From the NCBI GenBank assembly GCA_964016885.1, contig OZ024743.1, positions 363,568,001-363,632,000 on the forward strand: DNA of 64,000 nucleotides, read 5' to 3'. Numbering within the stretch: position 1 is the first letter of the stretch; the number at the start of each line of letters is the position of its first letter. The position numbers and the translations under genes are program-made. Shown here piece after piece: positions 11,495 to 25,769 of the stretch. This stretch comes from Eledone cirrhosa. Lineage: Eukaryota. Below the pieces are notes generated by a model that worked only from the letters and a program-made list of their open reading frames with translations, had not been told where the DNA came from and did not search any database.

Positions 11495-12180
11495 ATGCCA
11501 AAAGAGCCACCCTCTTCATGTGGTACAAGGAAATAAGGGTGGTAAATATAGTAGAGCTAGCTGTATCCCAGAAGGCGAACATTAATGATATAGTTAAAGG
11601 TCGGTGGATTGGCAGTATCGTATAGAGTTACGGCCCTTGCCATTCTGAGTTCAAATCCCGCCGAGGTTAACTTTGCCTTTCATCCTTACGGGGTCGATAA
11701 AATAAAGTACCAGTAATGCTCTGGGTATTTGCTGGCCTTGTGCCAAACGTAGAAACAATTAATGATATAGTTAACAGAAAAGCCAAACAATTCAGTGAGA
11801 TTGTTGAACTTAGCATAAGCAACAAATGGGAGGCATCATCTCTACCTGTAAAGATAGGTATCAGGGGATTTGCTGGAACTAGAGTTGACTCTCTCTGTTG
11901 GAGCCTTGGACTGGTTGTTAAAGAAAGGATACATTTTTCGAGGAAACTATCGCATGATGTTGAAAAAGCGAGTCACTACATCTGCCTAAAGAGAAAAGGT
12001 GATCGAGCTAATTCCGTGCTGTTGTGAAGGAGTTTCCTCACCGATATTGAAGGGTGGCTCCGAGTAGCTCTGATGTCACGGTGGAAGGTACTGGAACACA
12101 TACAGAGTCACTTTATCACCTGATGAGATATCGATTCCTGTATTCAGAGACGGAGTACATTAGAACTCTCACAACACAAG
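11495..12180 (+). mobile_element. C-terminal restriction-like endonuclease relic of a HERO-like non-LTR element, split by a SINE
   Basis: Across the SINE the frame reads ...IVELAVSQKANINDIV|NRKAKQFSEIV...WEASSLPVKIGIRGFAG...VEKASHYICLKR, resembling the HERO pattern VELTVP..E.N, PVEVG.RGF, AEKAS.WIW. Confidence 0.65.
11598..11757 (+). mobile_element. tRNA-derived SINE with a 17-bp TSD
   Basis: A-box-like TGGCAGTATCG, B box GAGTTCAAATCC, core GCCTTTCATCCTTACGGGGTCGATAAAA; TSD ATTAATGATATAGTTAA at 11581-11597 and 11758-11774. Confidence 0.9.
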
Positions 12181-12211
12181 CGTGTTTACCCCAAAGTATT
12201 ATATATGTACG

Positions 12212-12286
<75 letters not shown>

Positions 12287-12375
12287 GTATGTGTGTGTGT
12301 ATGCATGCACATAGATATATGCACATTCACGTAAGCACAGATACATACAAATATTTAGACATATGAATATACATA

Positions 12376-12440
<65 letters not shown>

Positions 12441-12654
12441 AAGAGTGACAGTATCACATATTCATCATCATTTTATTACATTACGTGTTCCTGTTATGCA
12501 CATTTCAGAGGTATAGAAAAGTCGCTGTTCAAGGATTATTTATATAAAAATCAGGTAAGGCCGCTTAGAGACGCAAAAAGAGAATGCTTTTTGTACTTGG
12601 TGATAGATAGATAGGAATATATAGAGACCGAAACAGTAAATGGATACAACTCAA

Positions 12655-12798
<144 letters not shown>

Positions 12799-12945
12799 TG
12801 TGTGTGTTTGTGTGTGTGTTTGGTAGAAGCTAAGGTTTTATTTCGCTGTCATTTCTAGCAAGACAGGTTAACACAACAATGCTCTTTGCGCCGTATAAGA
12901 CAGACAGATACACAGACAAATAGATAAGAGTCCAACCGCAGGCCC

Positions 12946-15900
12946 TCTAACGGAGGCATCCGGCATTGCTCGGGAATGAAAGTGTTCCTCATATATTAGA
13001 AGAAAGAAAAACATGTATAGAAATTTGTTCTTCTAAATTCCATGTATTTTTCAATTGAGATACATGGTGAAATCAATTCTGAATTCATAATAAACAAAAT
13101 TAATAAAAAATAAAAATACAAAATTTATCACTTTTATGAGGAGAAATAAATTCTGTCACGTATGTTGAAGGAAATTACGTTTGAGCTTCTGGGTAAACAA
13201 CATTCTTTGTTTTCTGGTTTGGAGCATAGACAAATAAGTCTTGTAAACTACCCACCCTGGAGCAACCAACGTAAAGCTGATCACGAAAGAAGCAAGGTTA
13301 ACTTAAGTGCAAGCCAGTAGATTTCAAAGTCTTACCTTCAGCTTTATTGATAGACATTGTGAAACAAAGTTGCACTGGGAATTGTGTTCGTTTGAACTTA
13401 AATGTCATGTCCGTTGGTTTGGAATTCTTGTAATGAAAATATCTTCCCCAGAGGCACATCCAATGATGATGGTAGCTTCAATCACACTAGGTGTTAATGT
13501 CTTCACAATCAATCTTTTCCAATTGCATCAGTTAAAAGGATCTAAAATGATTGGGACTCCAGCCTCCAGGAAAAGTTTATGTGGAGGAGTTCCAGGTGAG
13601 TGAAGAGAATAAAGGAACTATTTTGGGTAGTGGACAGCTTTATATTCATCAAAGACGGAATCATCTGATTAGTACTCCTTAATTACTGTTGGAATCTTTA
13701 ATTACTGCTGGAACAAGAATTGCCCTTTCACACAACAATTTGTCTGAATTATAATGATTACGTAAATCTGGAAATACCATGTTCTTCAATTCAGCTGGCG
13801 AATCCACCATGATAGCAATACGAGCCAAGTTGATATAATCATTCCCATCAATTGGTAATGTCCCATTTCCTAATCGAAGGAGTCGGGTTGAAAACTGTTC
13901 TGTACATTGGGCCCTGTGTAATAAAGCTCGAATTTTAGTATTAAAGGAAAAATTCTGAAGACTTAGTGCATGCTTTTATTTCATCAGCTCTTGTTCCTCT
14001 CGGAATGACTGGTAAAGTGTGTCTGAAGTCTCCTGATGAAACTAATGTAACTCCTCCTATAGATGTATTGTTACCTCTAATGTCCTGTAAGGTCTTATAA
14101 AGAGTTTCCATTGTTCCTCATTGTGACTTGGTGCATTCATCCCAGGAGACATTGGCGCAACACTTTTGCTGGACCTGAGCTTTTGCTTATGTTACAAATT
14201 GGACTGTCATTTTTGACCAGGTTTAGGGGTAATGTAAGAGCAGAATGAACTGTTCGTCCTCCTGAGAGAAGAGTTGCAGCAATGCCAGACGATGCTACAG
14301 CAAGTACAATTCTTTTTTGTTGCCTTACCTTGGAGGGAAACAATGTTGTTACAAATGCTTTACCTGTGCCACCTGGAGCTTCAAGAGAGAACATTTCTCT
14401 GACTGACGAAATGATCTCATATTATGCACAGCATTCACAAATGCAGCAAACTTTGTGATGTCATAATTTGTCTCACTTTCAAACTATCTTGAAGTTAAAC
14501 CAATAATTTGACGGTTTGCTTTTGACAGTCCGGAACCAGACTCTTGAAACTTCTTGCCTTCCATGGCCAAAATTGATCCTCAATTTCAATCAGTGCTTGA
14601 CTGAAAATTTCTTCACAGAACTGAATATTGATACTTGGGTTTGCCTGATGAACTGCATACTTTAAGTCCCCAGCCCTGTCCTCTTGATGTTTCATCCAAA
14701 GCTGTAGGGGACTGCCAATTTGGCACATGTTTAGCTTGATAACAAAAAAGTCTCAATAATCAAGATCTTAATAATCATCCTTTTCTAACAAACCTTTTTG
14801 GATGATGGCTCGGTGTCTCTCATGAATGGGAAAATTGAAGATGTACCAAAAAGCATCATTGCTACTGATATATCTTCCTCTCTCATACTGTACAACTTCG
14901 TCATTTTTGTTTATCTACTGACTGCCATTCTGCATAAGAGTGTATTTTGTAGCATCTAAACCTCTGTTTACATATTTGCAAACATACTTAATGGACTTAA
15001 CAGAGCTGAGAATTCAACATTGATATGGGCTTTAAACGTTTTTGTAAGGAGATAGTAGGGTACTACCCACTGATTGTCAATGATGAATTCTTGCCCATTT
15101 CTCTTTTTTTTTTCAAAAGTTAATCCACCATGTCCAGGCTTTCTTTCCTGTAAAGAGGGCAGACATCTTCTCCAGTTTAGGTTTCGTGTACAGGGGGACG
15201 TGGGTAGTTCTTAGTACACTTATCATCCTACATGAATGGTGAAAATAGATCGATTGAACCACTGAGCCCATGAATCATCTGTGACTTAACAATTTCATGC
15301 AGCAAAGAATATTATGTAACCAAATCAAAATGTGGGTTCTTCTTCCCTTCTTGCCTTGTTAACAACTTCTGAAAAGTTTGTGGACAGTGAGAGCATTATT
15401 CTCATTGGCATTATTTTTGAAAGTTAAAATGGGGATTGAATGAGAAATGTGTGAAAGTTACGTGAACATCTTCACCGGGGAGATCTAAATCAATGGCGAA
15501 ATTTACCTCATTTAAAATGTCATTGTAGACGCAAGGCAGAATCATTGGAGCTCAGTGTGCTATTGCGCTTATTAGTATCACTCCACTTTGATAATATCAA
15601 ATAGCTCTGTGTATTTTTGTGGTAAAGTGCGTTTGTGCTGTAGTTACCGAACTTTGCTTAACTTCCCAACGCAATGTGGTTACATTTCAACTGATATTTT
15701 GATCCTAACAGTATTGTACTTTTATATTTTAAGTGTATTCTAAACTCTTGTGGAACACCAAATAAGTATCACAGTAACACACACACACATCTTCACTGAC
15801 ATACATGCACACAAACACACCTATCTTTACTGACACACATATACACGCATAAACACACGTAGCTTAATTGATACAGACATACAAACAAACACATGTATCT

Positions 15901-16480
15901 TCTCTGACACACACATACACACAAACACACGTATCTTCACTTACACATACATACACATAAACACACGTATCTTCACTGACATAATACACACAAACACATC
16001 TATATTCACTGACACACACGCACACACACACACACATACACACATACACATACACACGCATCTTCACTGACATATACAAATGTTAAGAATTTGTTTAATA
16101 ACTGCTGAGACAATTTCTACACCCATAAAATGTGTGTGTGTGTGTGTATGCCTATACATGATTGTCTATGTATATAAACAAACTCTATAGTCTTCGCTGG
16201 GAGAATCAGTATATATATATACAATTACATATTCTTATATACACACAAATATATTGAATATATCATTTACATTCGAATCGTTATATACACCTTTATTTCC
16301 AATTGAATTAATACCGTTGTTATTATATATATATAATCTACATATTATTTACATTCGAGTAAAAACTTGCTGTAAAAAACCCCTTTAAATTGCAGTTGAC
16401 GAACACGAATTCGATGCGCCTACGCAAACTCCCCGAAAGTGAACTGACGGACGGACACGAAATCGAAATTATTAGTAAGA
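12946..16480 (-). mobile_element. Decayed Helitron (Rep + PIF1 helicase pseudogene); 5' boundary uncertain
   Basis: Minus strand: APGGTGK Walker A and VASSGIAATLL.GGRT.HS (14137-14394); Rep-like DNQWVVPY...AHINVE at about 14960-15080; 3' hairpin TCCCGAGCAATGCCGGA...TTAG at 12947-12974; TCTTACTAATA-type 5' end near 16480. Confidence 0.8.
15778..16075. repeat. Degenerate minisatellite with core ATCTTCACTGAC and (CA)n linkers, about 8 units, inside the Helitron
   Basis: Repeated atcttcactgac motifs. Confidence 0.75.
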
Positions 16481-16604
16481 TATATCTATCTATCTCTCTA
16501 TATATCTATATATCTATATATCTATATATATCTATATATCTATATATCTATATTATCTATATATATATACACACAGGCACACACACACACACACACACAC
16601 ACAG

Positions 16605-16666
<62 letters not shown>

Positions 16667-16787
16667 TCACACACACACACACACGCGCGCGCATACATAC
16701 ACACACTCACACATATATATATATTGTTTTCTTTCTGTCATCCCCTTCTCCATATGATCCATACTTAGATCATTTACGTCATTGCTA

Positions 16788-16915
16788 TCTTCTTCTTCTT
16801 CTTCTTCTTCTTCTTCTTCTTCTTCTTCTTCTTCTTCTTCTTCTTCTTCTTCTTCTTCTTCTTCTTCCTCCTCCTCCTCCTCCTCTTCCTCCTCCTCCTT
16901 CTCCTCCTTCTCCTC
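16788..16915. repeat. (CTT)n-(CCT)n trinucleotide tract
   Basis: Direct reading of the sequence. Confidence 0.95.
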
Positions 16916-17254
16916 TATTTTCACTCATTCACCTCCTGATAGTTCTTCTATATAGGTTTATTTATATCTATCGCTTTCATTATTTTTATACTGCCCTGTC
17001 GCACCCAAATATCGTCAATGTCACTTTCGTCATTTTACCTACACTCCCACTCTCACTCCACTCTCACTACTACTTCACACCCCACTCTCCTTACAAACAC
17101 CCTAATGTCTCTCTTTAATGTCGGCTTCTGTCTACTATTGTGAGTTTTCAATTTGTGTGAGTATATGTGTGACCGTGTGAGTGTATGTCTGTATGTATGT
17201 ATATATGTATGTATTTGTGTGTTTGTATGCATGTATGTATATGTATGTATAAAT

Positions 17255-17405
17255 AAGAAAGAGAGTGTGGTAAGAAACCAGATGGACCACAACGCACCAG
17301 AGTACTCAATACTTAGGGTAGTAGAGTGGGTAATAGGAAAAGAGTCAGGACCTAACTGTCGTAGCGGCCGGAGTTCAGCCGTCGGGATCCTGACTCTTTT
17401 CCTAT
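17255..17405. mobile_element. Dispersed PLE-type fold-back repeat; other copies at 40573-40700, 54082-54551, 58010-58110 and 62562-62697
   Basis: Shared sequence GTGGTAAG..ACCAG.TGGACCA.AACGCACCA.AGTACTCAATACTTAGGGTAGTAGAG, and inverted arms ATAGGAAAAGAGTCAGGA / TCCTGACTCTTTTCCTAT. Confidence 0.7.
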
Positions 17406-17766
17406 GTATGTATATATATATATATATCTATATACGTATACACACACACATATATGTATATATGTATGTATATATATATATATATATATATGTGAACATA
17501 TGTATGTATGTACAAGCATATATATATGTATATATGTATATATATATATATATATGTGTGTATATATATATGTATATATATATATATATGTGTGTGTGTG
17601 TTTTGTGTATATATACCCATATATATATATATCGCTTTCATTCATTTCCTTTCATCAATTGACGCCTAAAGCGATCTATGTTCATGAAAAGACACAAATA
17701 CAATATAGCTAGGAATATATAAATATGTATTTAAACACACAAGCGTGCACAAATAGGTACACACAT

Positions 17767-17920
<154 letters not shown>

Positions 17921-18315
17921 ATTTTGTATACCGAATAATATACACTGTATTTACGAATAAACATTTGAAAGTCTTTAGCTATGAAATTTGGAAGCTGGTG
18001 GCGAGGCACCACCCAGAGAGTTCCAGTAAAAGCATGGGGGAAATTACAGACGCCCGTTTCTGACTGATGGTTGTTATCAAGCTAATGCTCCCTTTTACTG
18101 CGCTTTCTGCTGCAACTCAGTATAGATGCGAAGATATAGTTTTTATACTGGCTGATTAGCCTCATTTGCATACGGAGCTCTAGGCTGACTCGACCTGAAC
18201 AAGAAAGTGAAATAAGTCACGAAACTCAGGACCGCCCACTCGCATCAGTTCTTTACGACAGATACGAAAGGATTTTTTTTTTTTTTTTTCGCTATTTATA
18301 AATATGTATATATAT

Positions 18316-18766
18316 ATATTGTTATACTTTGGGAGGGTCATGTTGCCAATAAGAAACACACGCACCAGTTGCTTTCACTCCAAATATAAAAATATAAAAA
18401 TATAAAAATAAAAATAGAAAAATAGAAAAATAGAAAAATGAACACAAACACACACAGACACCCGGATGTGGCGCATGCGCAAACTGAGCACGCAACCCAC
18501 ACACAAACAAAATGGCGTAGGATAGAAGAAAGGAAAGGCACAGAAACGAAGAAAGAAATCCCCAGTCACTGAAGAGGTCACAGAGTGTGTGACGAAAGAA
18601 CTATGACTATATATATATAAACAACTATCTGGTTGTGGAACCAACCAACCAACCAGAAATTTATAAATTTGTAAATTTATAAATATATATTAAATTAAAT
18701 TGGAGTGAAAGCAACTGGTGCGTGTGTTTCTTATTGGCAACATGACCCTCCCAAAGTATAACAATA
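18316..18766. mobile_element. Inverted-repeat element (about 67-bp arms) enclosing a hammerhead motif
   Basis: 18316-18383 is the reverse complement of 18700-18766; (TA)n lies close to both ends. Confidence 0.8.
18564..18608 (+). ncRNA. Hammerhead ribozyme (type I, minimal)
   Basis: AGTCA-CTGAAGA-g-GTCAC-agagtgt-GTGAC-GAAA-GaaC-TA-TGACT: 5-bp stem I, 5-bp stem II, CUA cleavage triplet. Confidence 0.8.
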
Positions 18767-18821
18767 TCGGTTTCAACACACGATTTCAGATAAAGAATCT
18801 TGCTAAACAAATTCAGAAACG

Positions 18822-18931
<110 letters not shown>

Positions 18932-18986
18932 GTGAGTTTTTTTTTACAAAATGAAAAATAACCGAGGTGTCCTACACGAGTGGAAG

Positions 18987-19284
18987 TATAAAGAAAAAGG
19001 GATGAAATCGAAAATGCAACTGAAGTCTTATTTTTTTTTAAAATATATATATTTATTTGGTTCCTTTACCGGTTTCGCAGTTCTTCTGCTTTTCAAAAGG
19101 TGAGTTGAGATGGAGGGTCTGTGGTTTTTCTCACATGTGAGAAAAACCACAGACCCTCCATCTCAACTCTACTTTTGAAAAGCAGAAGAACTGCGAAACC
19201 GGTAAAGGAACCAAATAAATATATATATTTTAAAAAAAAATAAGACTTCAGTTGCATTTTCGATTTCATCCCTTTTTCTTTATA
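18987..19284. repeat. Near-perfect loopless palindrome of about 300 bp with a U3-A8 hammerhead in each arm
   Basis: Centre TCACATGTGA at 19131-19140; HHR at 19172-19207 (+) and 19064-19099 (-). Confidence 0.9.
19172..19207 (+). ncRNA. Minimal hammerhead ribozyme, U3-A8 core variant
   Basis: CTT-TTGAAAA-GCAG-aagaa-CTGC-GAAA-CCGG-TA-AAG; palindromic stem III ACCGGT; GUA triplet. Confidence 0.7.
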
Positions 19285-19551
19285 TATATATATATATATA
19301 TATACACCACACACACAGATATTTATGTATTTATATATCTGTGTGTGTCTTATTAATTTACTGACCCAACTCCCTTTTTGGTTGAGTTAATTAAGTGGGC
19401 GCTTGCTGCTATTTCTAGTAGATTTGACACTCGCCAAATGTCCTGCCTTTGCCTCCTTTCTGCGACCTATACCACGTGATGATTTCTCCCTCCAGAGAAA
19501 TATTCACTTTCTTACGGTTTAGGTGAGGATACAGTCCACTTAATGAGGGGT

Positions 19552-19637
19552 CTCCTGAAGATTTGACAGCCACACAGCGATGGTGCACTTCTCGGGTGCA
19601 ACGATATTGCAAAACGGTCGATGAAACTATAGTAGGG
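19552..19637 (+). ncRNA. Hammerhead ribozyme with an extended stem II
   Basis: CTC-CTGAAGA-TTTGAC...GTCGAT-GAAA-C-TATA-G-TA-GGG; internal hairpin TGCAC-ttctcgg-GTGCA. Confidence 0.65.
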
Positions 19638-19860
19638 TCTTTGAAGAAAAAATAGGTAATTCTTTCTTCACATTTATAATTATATCTATATATATGAGCG
19701 GTAGTGGAAATTGCATATGACGGGATCTGTATGTGTATATCTGTATGTTTGGGTATATCTACATAGTCATGTGTACCACCCTTGTGAACATATGTGCCTT
19801 TTTACGAATAAATGTATGTGTGTACATATGGACATGAGGGCTTGTGTGTGTGTGTGTGGG

Positions 19861-19967
<107 letters not shown>

Positions 19968-19975
19968 GAGAGAGA

Positions 19976-20413
19976 AATATACACGGGTGTGTATGATTGT
20001 GTATAGAAGATTATATTAATAAAAGGAATTCCAACTTTTTCTGATTTACTCGTTTTATTTGCAATCCTTTAAAATTTATAATGGTATTAGAATGAAATAG
20101 TATGGTAGAATATTAAATGTTAAGTTTTAATTGAACAAGTACTTTCATGCCTTCGCAATCTTCAGTGGTGACAGTGTGGTGACAGTCAAGTTTGCAATTT
20201 TCAACTTTTGCAATTTTCAAAAGTTGAAAATTGCAAACTTGACTGTCACCACACATTATGAACCTGAAGATTGCGAAGGCATGAAAGTACTTGTTCAATT
20301 AACACTTAACATTTAATATTCTACCATACTATTTCATTCTAATACCATTATAAATTTTAAAGGATTGTAAATAAAACGAGTAAATCAGAAAAAGTTGGAA
20401 TTCCTTTTATTAA

Positions 20414-20418
<5 letters not shown>
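19976..20418. mobile_element. Fold-back element of about 410 bp in (TA)n, with a complete HHR at 20259-20297
   Basis: Arms 20011-20210 and 20218-20418 are reverse complements apart from a small bubble. HHR: TGAAC-CTGAAGA-TTGC-gaag-GCAT-GAAA-GTAC-TT-GTTCA. Confidence 0.88.
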
Positions 20419-20482
<64 letters not shown>

Positions 20483-20542
20483 TATATAGTAATAATAATA
20501 AATTTGAAGACTAAAATCCAAAGAGGGCTCGATAATAAATAC

Positions 20543-20616
<74 letters not shown>

Positions 20617-21125
20617 GCAAATAGGAGTAGTTTGCGGCTATATGTACCTAGTAAAACAAACTGATACATATAGATAACCTAAATGAAATAAATAATTTTA
20701 GCCATTAACTGCTTCCATAGACTTTATAATATTAACGCTCATAATACCATATAACCGAGGTTAGATTTAATTATAACTTCAGTAAATACTACTGTTTTAG
20801 CACTAACTACAGGCATAGATGATATTAATATCAGAATATGAGCGCTGGAAATACTCGACAGAAAAATTAAGAAAAGTACCGTTAAATAATTTCTGGCAAT
20901 TTCAACTTTCCATAACCTTATAAAAAACGATCTTTACATTTTGTCGCTTCAACCATGATGGTATGCACATACATCGGTCGGTAATTAAACACTTTTCTGT
21001 ATATAATTGATCCTGATGATCACTCTATAAGAGTATTGTAAAGAATATCTTTAGAGAATGAAATATGAGTAAATCAAATAAATATGTATTAATTGTTGAA
21101 ACTTGGTGTTCTCTTTCTTGTGTTA

Positions 21126-21205
<80 letters not shown>

Positions 21206-21889
21206 AGAGATATATAGAGTGAGAGAGAGAGAGGGGTAGCAATAGTGTTATGCCACGAGGCACTGTTTTAGGCCCACTTCAATTTATTATTTCTAAGAAT
21301 GACAGCTTAGATGTCATCAAACAATCCAAACTATAATGGTTAACATATGGTTATCAGCCTTCAGTAAGACCTCGGCGCTCTGAATCAATGACCAAAATAG
21401 AAGAATGTGCTGCTAAGCGAGAAAAGGTAGTGCCAATACTCTTGTGATACTAGAGTCTTAAATGTAACTGTCGATAACGGTTGTTTAAGCTGGAGTGCCC
21501 ACATGAATAATAAAGTCAACATAGCCTTTAGGATATACTCCTGGATCATTAGAAGTTTACAATCTAGAGATCCAGTTGATATTTCCTTTTATTTTCTCTA
21601 TTTTCGCTGTGGCCTCTCCATACAAAACAAAGTATTATGAAATCTGAACCACCTCATAGGCAAATTACAAAAAAGAAAATTAGCTCGTATCACATAACAA
21701 CAAACTACTTCACCTGAATTGTCCTTGAACTCTTCAACATCAAACCGAAATTCATCAAGGAAGAAAACGATCTCATATACTTCCAAATATACCTGGACAA
21801 ATCCTGTTAAGCAATATCAGATAAACTAACTGAAGCCGCATTTGTTTCAACCTAAAACAATTCACTACAACAATATGCTGTGTATTGCT

Positions 21890-21935
21890 GTTTAGTTTGA
21901 CGAGGCCTGCTCCAATACTGGTCAAAACATATCAA
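21890..21935 (+). ncRNA. Degenerate hammerhead motif at the end of a probable PLE relic (about 21300-21990)
   Basis: tTGACGA-GGCC-tgctccaatact-GGTC-aAAAC. Confidence 0.4.
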
Positions 21936-22165
21936 TATTATAGATATTCATTTACCTCCATTTATAGTTTGATTCAAAAATACATTATTGAAAATGTAAC
22001 ACTGTAAAACATTGCAGTCTCGTGGAAACAGTTCTGAGTCAAAGAGTCTTTATAGGCAAAGAAATATGAACCCTCTAAAGAATAGTGTGTGAATTGGTCT
22101 CTAGTTTTATATATGATTTCTGATGATTTCTAAAGAATGAAACAGTTCTAGTCCTGCAGAATCTC

Positions 22166-22199
<34 letters not shown>

Positions 22200-22202
22200 T
22201 TA

Positions 22203-22620
22203 TATAGTATATTTGATAATATACTATATGTTTAATTAAAAACATTTTGAAGACGATTCGCTATGAATCATATATACATCGCTATTTCAAAGCACCAATA
22301 CTAATACCTAATTTTTGATGGACCGGTAACCGTTCTGTTTAATCAGCTCTTAAACATTACTAGAATTCCATAAGAAACCATTTTCTATAACTCTCGGCAG
22401 AAGCGAAGAAGTGAGTAGCCTTGATAACCGCTAACGAGCGAGAAACAGGACTGTCGATTACTCCCCTTTGTTTTTGCCGACACTAAGTAAGTTACATAAT
22501 TATTACTTTAAAATTCATAGCAAATGGTCTTAAAAATGTTTTTAATTAAATATACAGTATATTATCAAATAGACTATACATACATTCACATATACATCGC
22601 TATTTCAGAGCACTAACGCT
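22203..22620. mobile_element. Fold-back element (about 65-bp diverged arms) with a U3-A8 HHR at 22413-22463; interior related to 50890-51070
   Basis: 22205-22270 is the reverse complement of 22514-22577. HHR: GAGTAGCC-TTGATAA-cCGCT-aacg-AGCGa-GAAA-CAG-ga-CTG-TC-GATTACTC. Confidence 0.75.
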
Positions 22621-22747
22621 AATATATATAAGAAAATACGATTCTCTATCTATCCATCTATCTATGTTTGCCTATCTATTTATCTACCTATTTATCTACT
22701 TTCCTATCAATCTATCTGTTCGTCGGTCCTGCCAGATCTAATATATG

Positions 22748-22829
<82 letters not shown>
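22748..22829. repeat. (GATA)n microsatellite, about 20 units
   Basis: Direct reading of the sequence. Confidence 0.95.
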
Positions 22830-23409
22830 CGAATAAGTTGGTCGATAGATACCAACAACATCGTCTCAATTCGTATTGTAATTAACAAGTGCTGCGTTAG
22901 AGAATATATAATGATGAATGAAGCGGTGTTGAATACAAACGCACACAGAACTAATACACTCTGAAGCTATGCACTCATCCTTTGAATAAACACACCCTTT
23001 ATTGTATAAGCTGCAATCTATGCACCAGAAACGCCTTTACAACAATCACAACTGACCACGAACAACAATAATAAAAACTAAATGCTCTCTCTGCTTAGCG
23101 CATCGAATGGGCCGTGAAACGACGACCTTAACTACAGTTTTAAGTACGACCAACATACTACACATAGTACAACAGTATGAATAAAGTTATCCTGTAGCAT
23201 ATATATATATACACGTGTGTGTGTGTGTGTGTATGTATACGCACGTACGTGTGTTTGTGTATGTGTGTGTATAAACACTGATCGCTTCAGCAGGTTGTTC
23301 CGTCATTCTTGTCTCACCTATGGCGCCATCTTTACCAGACTGTTCCTCTCCACTAGCTGCTCATCATATGCATCACTAATTTCACATTTCCCGATCATAT
23401 ATATATACA

Positions 23410-23479
<70 letters not shown>

Positions 23480-24224
23480 TGTGCGTGCGTGTGCGTGTGT
23501 GCGTGCGTGTGCGCGTGTGTGTGTGTGTGTGCGTGTGTGTGTGTTTGTGTGTGTGCGGGTGTTCGTTTATATGTAAAATTGATTTTTTAAAAATGCATAC
23601 ATATGTAAACGCTTGCATGTAAGCATATGTGTGTAGTGGAAAGATGAAGAGAAAGAGAGAAAGTAGGTGTGTAGGAGATTCGGTTACATTCGCATTTTTA
23701 AATTGAAATGCATAAACGTATAATGCGAATATAAAACGTTAGGTACGTTGCTGGTATATATTACGTTGCGACATCGTCTCTAAAAACTACAGACACATGC
23801 ACACACACAGATACATAAACATACACACACACATATACATATATATATATATGTGTGTGTGTCCGTAGGTGTGTGTATGTATATGTAAAGAGAGATAGGG
23901 GGGAGATATCATACATACATACGTACATATACGCCATTAGTTTAATTGGAAAATTTATTAATAATAATTATTATTATTTGATAAGAGGGACGTAATAAAT
24001 TGAAACCGGTAAAAAATATTTGATAAAACTTAAATTTATTTGATGTAAAAAATATAAAAATATGTTTTGTCGGATTCAGGAATGTAGATGCTTTAAATAC
24101 ATATGCATGCTGTAATCCAAATGAATAATATTCCTTCGATAGCGGGCATATCAAAAACCAAAACAAAATATTATCTACATTTCTAGCATCTATCTGGTAA
24201 CGACGCATTATATAACTTGTATAT

Positions 24225-24400
24225 TGGCAGTATTGGTAGAGGGTCAGACGCTATGCTTTGACGTATAGAGTTACGGCCCTTGCCATTCTGAGTTCAAATC
24301 CCGCTGAGGTTAACTTTGCCTTTCATCCTTACGGGGTCGATAACATAAAGTACCAGTAATGCACTGGGTAATTGCTGGCCTTGTGCCTAACGTAGAAACA
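24225..24400 (+). mobile_element. tRNA-derived SINE with an 18-bp TSD
   Basis: Same family as 11598; TSD ATTATATAACTTGTATAT at 24207-24224 and 24401-24418. Confidence 0.9.
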
Positions 24401-24856
24401 ATTATATAACTTGTATATAAGGACATTTAAATATCTTTGAAATGTCCATAACGGGTGTGATTTAAGACAATAAACTGAAGTGAGATATGTAAAACCACCT
24501 CATTTCTTATAGCTTAATATGTGCGCGCGCGTGTGTGTGTGTGTTTGTGTGTGTGCAATGCAGAGTTAACGGAGACTGCGTTTACACATTGAGTAAACAG
24601 ACATGTACAAATGTCAAATCTTATGTATTTCTCTTTAAATTGAGAGAATGATAAATACCTTGAATCGATATTCGAAACTTTTGGAAGTTTCAATAGAATA
24701 TATCAGCTAAGTAACCACAAGAGCATACATAACTGAGGAGCTTATATGCCCTATTGCTTATAGTAGCACCATTTACATGTTTTTAGCGCTCATGCTGATA
24801 GTTAATTTGATATATACTAATGTGGGCTAAAACTGACGAAGTATATGATAAAATAA

Positions 24857-24931
<75 letters not shown>

Positions 24932-25138
24932 GTGTTGTTATACTTGGGGAGGGTCGTAATTGTGTAATAATATTGCCAGAATTAATAACAGAACACACTC
25001 ACTGTTTGGTTGGTTTTCGCTTCTGTGTCCTTTATATCGGTTAATTTAATTTATTCGGTCCTCAATGTTTACCATTGACTGACCAACGGTCAAAAATACA
25101 GATACAATATAGACACAAACACATATATATATAGTCTA

Positions 25139-25256
25139 ACAAAGTTCTTTCGTTGCGCATCTGCAACATCGTCAGTGGTGTTATTATGCTTCCTCCCGTT
25201 GTATTGTATGCTTACCTTCTGATGAGAACACCAAAAGGTCTGAAAATCGCTTCAAG
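25139..25256. ncRNA. Two divergently oriented hammerhead motifs from different families
   Basis: Minus 25139-25177: CA-CTGACGA-t-GTTGC-agatgc-GCAAC-GAAA-GaaC-TT-TG. Plus 25216-25256: CTT-CTGATGA-GAAC-accaaaa-GGTCt-GAAA-A-tcgc-TTC-AAG. Confidence 0.7.
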
Positions 25257-25431
25257 ACATATTTTTTAACTTACAGAGAAATACGTAACAATTTGACTCG
25301 TGCGCATGTCTTTATACTGGATGTGCACATTTCCATACACATTCACGCAGTCTCGGTAATCGCGCCACTGTATATATACTGATATAAATTTATTGTACAC
25401 TTCGGCTGCTAAGAGAACAACGTTACACACG

Positions 25432-25494
<63 letters not shown>

Positions 25495-25571
25495 TTACAT
25501 ATATATATATATATATTTACACATGAAATTATGTTTAAACATCCAAAAGTATGATTATATATACAAATATA

Positions 25572-25614
<43 letters not shown>

Positions 25615-25733
25615 AATATATGCGCACGTTAAATACAACTACACTGATTTGTGAAAACGTATATTGAGCATTATTCTCGTTAAATGGTTTCCATAACGCA
25701 CCCTCTCCACCTTCTTCCCACATTCCCAATAAC

Positions 25734-25769
<36 letters not shown>

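Noticed and set aside
16390-17118. 242-aa ORF with poly-Leu/Pro and the antisense poly-Glu ORF
   Set aside because: Produced by the (CTT)n/(CCT)n and (CA)n tracts.
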